Origin: Kudoa neothunni
Lineage: Eukaryota > Animalia > Cnidaria
Length of the DNA: 64,000 nt
NCBI GenBank assembly: GCA_964304625.1
Contig: OZ199838.1
Span: 14,386,261 to 14,450,260, forward strand
Direction of reading: 5' to 3'
The notes beneath the pieces were generated by a model, which searched no databases, was not told the DNA's origin, and was given only the letters and a program-made list of their open reading frames with translations. Each line of letters starts with the position of its first letter. Positions within the stretch are counted from its first letter, which is position 1. Shown in pieces: positions 24,693 through 36,072 of this stretch. The position numbers and the translations under genes are program-made.

Positions 24693-27273
24693 GCCACATT
24701 ATTACCAGAGGGTAGGGACGACCATAGCACATTTAAGTTACCAATCGCGATTAAGGGTGATGGAACCAACGTATGTGCAATCAGCAAGGGGACAGTTTGG
24801 TCTCAATTGTTGCCCATATGCATGGCCATCATATGGAATGAATGCACAATGACAAACAGAGTGATTTTTGAAGCTTTAGATAGAACGATATGGGATTTAA
24901 CAGACAAAAACATTCCATTTGACGGAATCATAATGGTTTAATCAGACGACTTTCGCCAAACTCTACCCGTAATACCCAGAGGTACAATATACTACCAAGT
25001 AAAAAATTCCCTAAAGTTCTCTTTCTTATGGGTGAGCGTTAAAACCCTCCATCTCACCACCAATATGAGATTGCAGCTCAGCAACGAAGAAGGAGTCAGT
25101 CAATTCGCTTCAGAAATACTATGGATAGGTGATGGTCAACTTAACATTGGACTTGATGGATGTATCCTCTATGTTCCGTGGCAAAGTAGGTTTCGTCAAT
25201 GGATGAATTGATAGACCGTGTTTTTCCAGAAACACAAACAAACTTTCCCAACTCAAATTGGCTGTCAGAGCGAGCTATCTTAATACCCACAAACCAAGCC
25301 GTAAACAAAATCAATGATTGATTGATCTGTCTTATTCCAGACGACTGTACAGAGTATAAATCATGACACCGTTGTGGACAAAAATCAATGTGTCAATTTC
25401 CCTGTTGAATTCCTCAAGAGTCTAGACTCTAGAGCTATCGGGGGTTCCTTTTCACATGATTCTTCGAAAGATAGACACTCCAATTATATTTCTAAGAAAT
25501 TTGGATTCACCAAGGTTGTGAAACGACACTCGACTAGTGTTAAAGTCGTTAGTGTCTTATCTTATTGAGGCCACTATCGTAACAGGTTGTGCCAGAGGGG
25601 AAGATGTAAATATTCCGAGAATTCCGATTATTCCTTCAGACGCTATCTTTAATTTCAGAAGACTGCAATTTCCCATCAAACCATGCTTTGGAATATAAAT
25701 AAATAAGACGCAGGGGAAACCTTCAAAGTTGCTGGTTTAAATTAGGAGGAACCGTGTTTTTTCTCATAGGCAGTTGTATGTCGTCCTCTCCAGGGTAAGT
25801 TCCAAACACAATTTATACTCTTTTTCTCCAAATGGTCTGACCAAAAATATAGTTTATAAGGAGGTATTACAGTAACTGATTATGTTATCATTTTCTTATC
25901 TTTATGGATCTTATTCACCTATTTAAATTCAGTGTTTATATAAATTTCATTCAAATTTACTTATATGGAACAATGTCTCTGATTATATTTTTTGGGAATA
26001 TATCTACAATGTTATGTGGAACATTATTCCAATTCTTTGCAGCATGTTCAAACAATATTCTATTATAATTAAGCGATAAAAGTAAAACTATGCATGAAAC
26101 ACCTTGTTTGCTAATTTTTGGAGAGCGAAACTGATAACAATCTTCATCCCCGACATTTATTTTTAGATGTAGCAGTATGTTACGCGATTTATATGTTTCG
26201 TTTACTGTTTGAATTGTGTTGTGTTAATTTCACAAAAAAATGTCTAATACTTCATTCTGCTGATCTAACTTTATGGGGATCATTAATCGCGACTTGGAGT
26301 GTTATGTCAACCTTTATTTTCTTCTTAAGAATGCCGTCAGTATCTATCGTTGAAATAGAGTCAGAAGTTGGGTGGATTTCCAAAACAAGCTTAAAATGGT
26401 AGGTATAATTATTTTGCCTGTTAAACATATCTTGGACGCTAGGAAAATACGTACCTGTTCTGAAAATGTGCTGCTGACCAATTCTAAGCTTATATATGCA
26501 AATCTTCCAAGAAATACATTTTGTAAAATATCGGTTCGCCATCGTCTTAAAGCTACTACGATCCAATTCCGTAGCTAATTTGACCCCAAATCTTAAAGTA
26601 ACAACAAACCCTGATTAAACGAACGCGTTAATTTTAAAAGTGGCTTTGTACTGTGTTATTATATCTTTGAGTATGCTTGTGGAAGTATTTTGGTTTTTGT
26701 TGTATGCATTTTTCAGGTTTTTGCGTGTAACAAAATTTCTTTGGTAAGCGTTGATAAGATTTTAATGTAAAAATTTAATCTATCGCATTATTATAGGTAT
26801 GATTCAACTGAACAAGCCAATAAAAGAATTCAAGTCAGAATTCAATGTCGGATTCGGTACCCATTTATGCGTTGACTGTGGTATAGTTGTATTCCGTTGT
26901 AATGCCTCACGTATACTACGTCGATTTCTATTTGTTTTTCTTCGTTTCTTAAAATCACGGATGCATCAAATAATGATGATGAGATTTTAACGAAATGAGG
27001 TTCATTTTTTTATATAATAATTTTTTAAATTTATTTATATTAGGTTTTTTCTGTTTTTCTTGGATATAATAACTACTTACATTATTTAGTAAAAATTTTT
27101 TGTTTCGTTTATGACTGTTTATTTCGCATAGTAAATTTTCGGCATTTGTTTGCGCCATTAACGTATTTAAACGTTTCTTATATTAAAAAATATAATTTAA
27201 AACATTTTGATTCCAATTTCCCCCTGAATTAGATATTCCCAACACCCCAAGCGAAGTCGGGTATCACGGCTAG
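24693..27273 (+). mobile_element. Helitron: Pif1-type helicase pseudogene (24693-25875) and 3' terminus
   Basis: ATLLPEGR..HSTFKLP, IIWNECTM, FRQTLPVIP, LTTNMR, RAIL.PTN, IPRIP..P..F.R.QFP and TKNIVYKEVLQ*. Terminal hairpin ccaagcgaagtcgg + CTAG at 27270-27273. Confidence 0.85.
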
Positions 27274-27614
27274 CAATTAAATATAGTCAGAACTAATATC
27301 ACCTGAATATTATTTATCGCGACAATAGCCACTTCCTTCAATAAATTCAAAAAGATGAATTCGTGCCTCGCTTCGCTTTATCCCCAACTTTTCTTCGTAT
27401 TATAAAATATTAAACAAACCCAAACAAGTTAGGAAGGATTAACTAAGAACATACATTTACAGTATACATAAAATGCGATAATTTAGATCCAAAATCGAGA
27501 AATACACATAAAAATAGACTCGAAAAATGAAATATATGTCAGTTTAAAGATAACAACACGTAAACCCAACGATAACAACAACAGGAGTAACAGGCTAAAC
27601 ACAAGAAAAATTGT

Positions 27615-28465
27615 TTAGAAATTATAATTTCGGCTTCTTCCGCTCTTTCGATTTTTCTTATTCCCATGGAAATTGTTTTGATTACTGTAACGTTCTCTCG
27701 CTGCTTGATTAGAATCGATACGGCAATCAACTGCAAATCTGTCCAAATCACAAGCCGCAAGGAATTTATTCCTAAAACAGAAAATATAGATTAAAAATGT
27801 TAAAAACATCATAAAACAATAATATCTCTTCAGAGGGGCTAAAATACACTAAGGAGTTGTTTAGGGAAGATTTTTTCGTATCTCTGAACCAGAACACAAC
27901 ACGGACACTTTCCTCACGTTTAGAGCAGTTCACTCCAATAATCTCTTCTGAAAGATTACCAAAGCCACACCCAATCGTCAAAAGGATACAATTTAACCAA
28001 ATCTTCTCGTGACGATCAACCTGACCTTTGATAGTGATGATACAGCGTTCACCATCTTTATTTTTATCATCTTCAACCATAGGTTGATATCCCATCTAGA
28101 GAGGAAATACAAAAATTGTAAGAATATATCGTCCAATTATAGTCATCAGAGATACTTTAAAAACATAGTATTCATCGTTGTTATCGAGTTTATTTACACC
28201 ACGATATGGTTGAAGCATGCAAAAAAATCTTCCACCGTATCAAATTCATGAAAAACTTTTATTCCTTTTTCGTATTTTGGGTAGATGTGAAGGTGTTATT
28301 GAACGAGAAGGTCCACTTACATTGAAGCGGGTGTTTGCCTTTTACGGGAACAATCTTTTCCCCTAATAGTTGGAAGAAAATCTTCATTTTAATATCAACC
28401 GTTACAGGAAATATTACCTTGACTTCATCCGAACTTTTATCTACATGCAGTGCATCCAACGACAT
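27615..28465 (-). CDS. EIF4E: Divergent eIF4E-family protein (4 exons; two 1-nt deletions as assembled)
   Basis: KHPLQCKWTF, FDTVEDFFACFNHI, YYVFK-MGYQPMVEDDKNKDGE, IWLNCILLTIG, IIGVNCSKR...RVVFW. The frame needs 1 nt added at ~28275-28278 and at ~28199-28200. Confidence 0.85.
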
Positions 28466-29099
28466 AGCGTAGTGCGTGCCCCGTAAATCGATGCGAGACG
28501 ACTTAATTTACCGATCATCTACGCACGCGCAAAAATTATTATGCAATTTCTGAATTGAGTTATTGCCTTTATTCCATTCCAACAGCTTCGAATTTAATGA
28601 GAAATTGACTGATTATTTTTGTGGATTCTATAATAAACACTCAACTCTCTATCTAACGTTTTTGGAGCTTATTGTAATATGAACCTATTTTAAAATATCA
28701 TATCTTTTTTTGAACCCAATTATTTTTAAATTAAGCGTTGCGTATTCCTATAAATTATATAAAATCTGAAAAACAAATATTAAATTGTAAGTTACATTCC
28801 TGTTAATTTATTTTTATGAAGTGGTTTTATTTGTGGTAATGAATATTTTTTTGTAAGAAGTATATTTTTATTAGATTTCAAAAAATACAATAATTTTGGT
28901 TCTCTCTATATAAATATATTTAAATATTTTTTATAGGAAATAATTTGTTATGAATATTTCCGCATTTTGATCTCATTCCATTAACATTATAAGAAATATA
29001 CAATTTCAGGTATTCTAACAATTATTGCCGTTTCAATGTTTTCAACTAAAATTTATGAATTTGAAACTCTACGTACACCTTACATCGTTTAGAATGCAT

Positions 29100-29745
29100 A
29101 TAACACCACCAAATCATTCCTTTATGACAGTGCTTCCCGACATTGGGTCACGCTCCACCGTTGGGTGTGGAAATTTCAAAACGTTTAATGAACTACGGAA
29201 GATCTTGAGTATTGGTATGCCACGGATAATGATAAGATAATTGGGTAGTAGGTGTAGTTTGAAATCGATATTCCTTATTTATTAATGACGAGTATTATCA
29301 TATAAAAATACATAAAACAATGGTTAATTACATAAAAATTAATAATAATATTTAACATATCCTTCACCCGAATAGAATCCGGAGGGTATCATCTCAATCT
29401 CGTCTCATTTAAAATCGTATATCCCTTTTTTTTGAAAAAACCTGATATAATATTGATTAATGTTGTATTTAAATTATTTATTTTCCCTTCATTAGCTCTA
29501 TATATAAGAAAGTCTTTCCTAATGAGGTTGGATTATCAAGAGTTCCATTCGAAACTGTTTTTGACGAAATGAAGAGCTAGAGGTTTATTATTATGGTCCA
29601 TAGCTAAATTAAGTTAGATCTGATCGAACACACTTTAATTTTAATGAGAAAGGAAATATATATTAGTTTCTTTCAAATTTTGATGTGATATTGTGTTTTA
29701 TTCAAATTACCAAAAGTTTAAATAAAAAAATTGTCACTTTTGAAA
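29100..29745 (+). repeat. Unclassified dispersed repeat, copy 1
   Basis: Shares blocks (acgtttaatgaac; caatct.gtctcat.ta.aatcgt; gaatgaaga.cta; gatctgatcgaa) with ~38890-39540 (+) and partly with ~58490-58900 (-). Confidence 0.65.
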
Positions 29746-31338
29746 GAGGCTGTACACAGAACTTTTTTTAAAGAAAAAGTGGTGCGCGATGGAAATATGA
29801 TAGGAACACTGGTTTATAACAACAATTTATAATATCAAATGATATATTTTATTTAAAAGGATCGTAATTTTAAGTGCTCAAATGTATGTTTGATGTTTTG
29901 AAAGTAAATCTATACCTTACTCTTACATGCTTATTAGAATGAATATTTTGAGTATAAAATTCAATGTATTTAACAGATCATTATATTATTGAGATATATC
30001 CTGTCAATCGTATAAAAAATTAAAATATGTAATTCTATGAATACTTTGATATAAGATAGTTATAACTTTTGGTTAATTTAAAAAAAAAGTTTACGAATCA
30101 TGATTAAAATAAAAATTTTATTCGACTCATAAAATGTAACTAATAATCGATTAAATTGTGAAACCAATGGTCGTAACTAATTTTTTTATAAAATATAATC
30201 AAATTTCATTACTAGGTTTTACAATTCAAAACCGGATCTCGTAACAACCAAATTCGGGTTTCGTCGTATAGTAGGTCATATAAAAAAAATTATGACAAAT
30301 AGTCAGCAAAGCAAAACGTTTTTGGCATCATTCCGCATGTTGGATGTTGTGCTAGAATTTAAGAGCAAAAATATTTCAAAATACATACATGATAAAATTG
30401 TGATTTTTTCCTAAGCGGTTTAGCGAATGTTTTATCGGACAGTCCGGTTTTGGACGTCATTAAATTCGAGTTTGGGCGTCAAGGAATCTGGTTTCGGATG
30501 TAAACCCAACGTAATTATAAAACATTAAATTTAAATTTGGTTCATAATAAGGGCTGAAAAACGCTCGGAGGTAAAAATCAATTTAAAACATAATATTAAA
30601 TTATTTGATTTTTTTTAAATTGTCAAAAATTTAAAACAATAACCTCAAGCAATAGTGGATAATAAAATGTTATCCTTCTTCACGAAATCAATTTGGGGTT
30701 ACGTAAAATTGGTTAATCTCAAATTCAGTCGATTTTCCAAATAGATGTGTTTTGTATTTATATACTTCTAAAATTAAATTTTAGAATTATATAATAAATT
30801 TATGTGGAAAGTTAGAGTAAACATTATTTTAAGGCAATCATAATTTTTCCACCAAAAATTTATTACGACCATATACGCAGGCGCCATTTGACTTTAACTC
30901 CAGTATCCATCACTTATATAAAATAATCTGAAAATAAATTTCGTAAGTTAATCTGCATACAAAAATCTCTTAAATTTTTCTTTTTGATTAAACTTAAAAT
31001 CATTACATATAGCCCAAACTACATGCACAAAAATTAATTGCGAAATATAAAAACGAAGATTTAAAGGTATTCTTTTAGTTATAATTAAGATAAAAATAAC
31101 ATTTTGCGATGGTTTTAGGAAAATAAATGTTTTTAGGTGAAGTTAAAAATACAATATTCAATATTTATTTATCTATCAATAATATCGTGATGGATTAAAA
31201 GACAATTTAATAAATTTATTAACAAATAATATTTGTATTTAATGAGTAAAAAAGAAAAGAGAAACAGACGAAGTAATCACACAATCTAAAATTTTTAGAA
31301 AATGCGCTTGCGCACCGGAAAAGGGATAAATAAGTGGG

Positions 31339-32197
31339 ATGACGGCTGCGGATGAAGAATTTCTAGAATTGAAAGCTTCCTCTAAATTAACTTGTTATAT
31401 TGGAAGATTAAATGAAATGCGACACAAATTAGAAGAACTTATAGCTTCTTTGATGAACAGCGATATTCCATGGTTATACCTTATGAAATTATCGATATTT
31501 ATTTCTTATTTAAGGGATGAATTATTTTCCAAAATTAAGCTTTTATATAGTAGTCATGTGTCTATATGAAATTTTAAAATTTAATTTTTGTATCTTAGAA
31601 ATGATTGATTTGGTGGTTAAAGACATTAAAAAGGATACTAATTTTAGTTTGAATGATTTTGTTGTGGTTCCTATAGCATACAATGAGGAATCGTTAACAG
31701 TAATTTAATGGAATTGTTTATTCATATTTGGAAGTTGATCTGTACTTTTTTTATTTTTTAGAACTCAATCGGAGGACGGGGTTTCTCATTTGATGCTTCC
31801 ATTTGTAATAAGATTTAAATATATATATATTTAACATTTTTAGTTCCAAATTTATTACGCACCAAGGTTGATATACCATCTCTTTCCGATTATGATCAAA
31901 CTAACGCTTATGAAGACCACAATCCGCTATACTATGTGGTAATCTATTAGGTGTAGATGAGGATTAAACCATATTTATATCCATAGCAAAAAGTTAAAGA
32001 ACTAAACAATTACCTAGATAAATGTATTAATACGTTGACGATCCATGATATTAATCGATACTCTTCTACAAGCTCCATTCATAAAACTAGTATCTTGATG
32101 TTTACGTGGTTTTCAATTTAATTTCCTATTAGAAAAAACATCAACCGTAAACAATGAGGCGGAGTATCAAAAATTAAAAGAATTGATGGAATTGTAG
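31339..32197 (+). CDS. MED8: Mediator of RNA polymerase II transcription subunit 8
   Basis: Spliced product ...IPW-DELFSKIKLLY...NDFVVVP...GGR.FSF...FPNLLRTK aligns with the MED8 motifs W..LD.F.LL, VIIP, GR and VP..LRTK. Seven exons, GT-AG introns, stop TAG 32195-32197. Confidence 0.75.
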
Positions 32198-32952
32198 TTT
32201 TCCAACGTATTATTTCGTTATATTCTACAAACACATGTACTTTATAGCTTCCATCATGTTCCTTTATTTACAACGAAAAAAATTTACTATATTCACATTT
32301 AAATACAAAAATATGGAGAACATATTAACAGCATTTTTTAAAACTTTTTAAAGTTATTTGTGCATTTAAGAATTAAGTGAAATTTTTTAAACCGTTGATA
32401 TTGATATAAATTTATTTTAGTAGAACAAATTATTTCCCTACAAATTAATACAAGAATGTAATGTTCAGTTGATTTGAATAGTTTTATTGTGTTATAAAAC
32501 TATTGAAGGTAGAAATGAACAATAAAAATATACAGAAATTTAGATAAATGAATCGATAATTTTTTATCGAAAAACTAGAATACCTTTTTACTCACAAGTT
32601 TAAGTTGTTTCTTTTTTTATTATAGACTGTCCTGTGAAGTAAGATTTAATCAATATTTAGGTTTATTTACATTTTATTGTTAGACTTTAACTATATAGAA
32701 AATATATTTTAATATTTAAAAGTTGTAAAAAGAAATATTCATAAATTTGTCATCAATTTTAAATATATGTCAATTATTAAATTCAGTATGTACATTATTA
32801 TTAGTTTTGGCTTCATAGTTCAATAAATGTTCACATCTAATTCATCAATAATATGAATGCATTCATAAATTGCCGTCTGCGATAATCCTTCTATACAGCA
32901 TTTAGTTTGTACGTCTAAAGTTTTGTTGTTAATCAATTGAATATTATATAAA

Positions 32953-35900
32953 ATGTTATTGGTATCCAAAATTTTTTTCATATCTGGTAACATTTAAACT
33001 TTTCGATTAATTTTTTATTAACAACTTGTAGTTCTCATTAACCAAGCATGTTTCGATGTGTCGTCTACAGATGTCTCACCTCCAACAACCTCTTCTGCAT
33101 CAAGTTCATCTCAATCAGTCTCTTCTGCACCAACAGCTCCTTTACCACCCTCTTCTCAACCAGTCTCTCCTTCACCGACGGAAACGGTCACATACCAAAT
33201 TGTTAAAGAGACTGACACAAATAAATTTAAAGTCCAGCTTGTACTAGGCGGAAGTAACTACATTCCTACTGGGAAGTTTTGCCGCATTAGGAAATCAAAA
33301 ATAACTGAGTCTAACCTTGGATTTGCTGAAATCGATAGTTGTCCCAGCACTGATGCTGTTAGTAAATCTAATGGTAAATGTGTCCAAGTATGTTCTAGCA
33401 AAGATATAAAACTAGACAATAATACACTCTCTCCAAGAACTAGCTACATCTACATATTTGCTGGAACGACTGAAGATGGAGTCAATACCGAGACACAAAA
33501 TAGTGGTGGAAACGTGTTTGGTTTGTCTACACGTAACTTTGATCTGTAAAAAAAATTTACATTGATTTTTAGCATTGCTAGTAAACCCTCAATTTTCCGT
33601 GGCAACGGACGATACTTCGGGTAAACTAAAGCTAGCTACGAAAACATGCCCTCCAATAGATTGTCCAATATACTACAAGGATATGAAATATAAAGCTGGA
33701 ACAAAGGCGAGTGATTGCGATACAGATACTAGCGCCGAAAATATGGTCGAATTTGACCTCCTGATTCCTCACTATGAGGTCAGATGTACTCATTATCCTG
33801 GCTTTTTTTATAATATGCCTAATGAATATATGAAAAAAACCATTGATATTTATAACCCACAATTTTATTTAACAAAAAAGTCTGACGATGAAAAAAAGAT
33901 TACTATCAAGTTTACTAATGCACCCTCTCACGAGATCTGCATCTTCCGAGTTAAAGATGTAGCTACGGATGCAAGAGATGCCGCGTTTGAATCAAATTGC
34001 GGAAATAAAGATGGTGAATGTTATGCTCCTTGCAAAAATGTTGGTTTAGCTGTTTCAGCGACTAAATCAGTTTACACCATTTCGATACAAACAAGACACC
34101 ACGATTTAGCTAAGAAGGATGATAACACGTATGATGGGTTTAGCCAAAATAAATACGGTATTAATTAATGATTTTTACGTTTCCTAATTTAATTATCATT
34201 AGCTATAACCGAAACAGGAGTTGGATTATTATCAGCGGCTACAAATGCTGGACTCACGTTTGATTCATCATTCTTTAAAGTCGTCGGAGATGGAAAACCT
34301 ACTCTTACTCATTACTTCGCCGATAAACCTAAACCAACCACTGCAAGTACTGTCATTACGTGCGTTACAAGCGTTTCAAGTAGTAGCGGGGTAACTTGCA
34401 AAAAAGCGGAGTCTAAAATGATTATCAGTGGTCTCAGTGCAGGAAAACCTTACATTATTGAAGTGGCTTCATTGGGAATAAGTGATCCAGCCGAGTATAA
34501 AGAGAAAATATTTATTCGTACAAGTAAACATATTCATGACTTAATAAAATTATAACGATCTTTAAGCTAAAGGTAATGATAAAAATTATGCTGCTACCGT
34601 TACAACAACGACGGCGTCAGATATATCGGTACAAGCTGTAGGAGGTACGGTAGGAAATGAAGCAACGACAGAACCAACATGCGAATATTACATCAGCTTG
34701 GCTGGAAAGGATTATTTCTATCCCGCCGAATGTGATGATAGTAACCCCTGTAGAGGATGGTGTAAAGAAACCAAAAAAATAATTGATTTGGAACCTGGAG
34801 TGCAATACGATATTAAAGTAATTGCTCACCAGGACTATGCCGAACATATATATAATGCTGTTCAAATGAGTACGTTTTTACAATAAAAATATTTTATTTA
34901 TAATTTTCTTAGAGTTGGCATCGTTAAATGTTACTTATAAATTTAATTTGGAAGGATTCGAGGTGAATGCAGAGTTGTCAACAAACACTCCAGCAATATG
35001 CCAATATGATGTTCAAATTAAAATGATAGATAAATTCGAGAGTGTTTTAAAATGCCCTGCTCCCCCTTCAACACCGCAAACGTCAGATCCTCAATCAACG
35101 CCAACACCTGAATCAACTGATGGAACATCTTTACCCAAACTTCCTACAATTCCTTCAATACCTAATGCAATGAAGAATCTGGTTCAATCAAACTTGCAAC
35201 CTACTAAAAGCACAACAGAAGAATCAGAATTGGAACCACCTAAAGTAGCTAGGACTGGTGGAACAACCGAAGATGCACCAAAAGATGCTCAAAACACAAA
35301 CGCCATTACCGACAGATGTTTACAAATGTCTTTGTGTAGTTCTATTGTGTTCACTTCTGGTTATCGCCCAAGATACCCATACAAAGTTATAGTAACCGCG
35401 CTAGGAAAATCTTCCGAAGCCACTATTGAAATACCTTCAAGTAAGAGCAATTTAACTTGGTTTTGAGTGTATTAATGTGAATAAATAAAATTTACAATTA
35501 GACAGAATAAAAAGCAATCCTATAGATGTAAAAAAAGTTTTGGATGTTTCTATAACGCGTGATGGAACTACCTTGACTGTAGAGACTGCACATTCCACAA
35601 AAATAACTGGCGATTCTAAGTGTAAATGGGAATTACGTAATTCTAGTGCAAAATCGAATTTAATGGAGAAATCATGCATGAACACAACCCCAGAGTGTGA
35701 AGCATTCCCAAGTTGTAAAAGTTTTGATATTATAGGTGTCCCTGAAAATAATAACTATCATTTGATTGTTTATCTTGAGGCTGATGAAGAATATTTTGGA
35801 GTGGCGGAAATCAATCAAGGTAATAAAAATAATATTTATGCAATAAATAAAGTAACTTTTTTCCTTAGGCGAAAAGAACAGTGCAAAGTATTATATAAAA

Positions 35901-36072
35901 ATCACTTATTCATTGATGTATTAAATATCATTTAGGCCTAGTAATCAGATGATGTAACCTCTTTCACTATTACATTGTTTAATAGCTGTTTAGAATTACT
36001 GTAGCAGCAGTTGTGGGGGCTGTTGTCCTAATAGCAATTGTTGGGTCAGTTATGATGAAAAAGAAAGACTAG
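32953..36072 (+). CDS. Type I membrane/surface protein with tandem Cys-rich FN3-like modules, copy B (10 exons)
   Basis: Paralogue of 3455-6576 with identical intron positions. Signal peptide MLLVSKIFFISVLINQAC. Microexons 35869-35887 and 35936-35953. TM IITVAAVVGAVVLIAIVGSV followed by MMKKKD*. Confidence 0.88.

Noticed and set aside
28255-28290. Programmed -1 frameshift or stop-codon reassignment in eIF4E
   Set aside because: The CCCAAAA run is not phased as an X XXY YYZ slippery site, and TAA, TAG and TGA all act as normal terminators elsewhere in the window.
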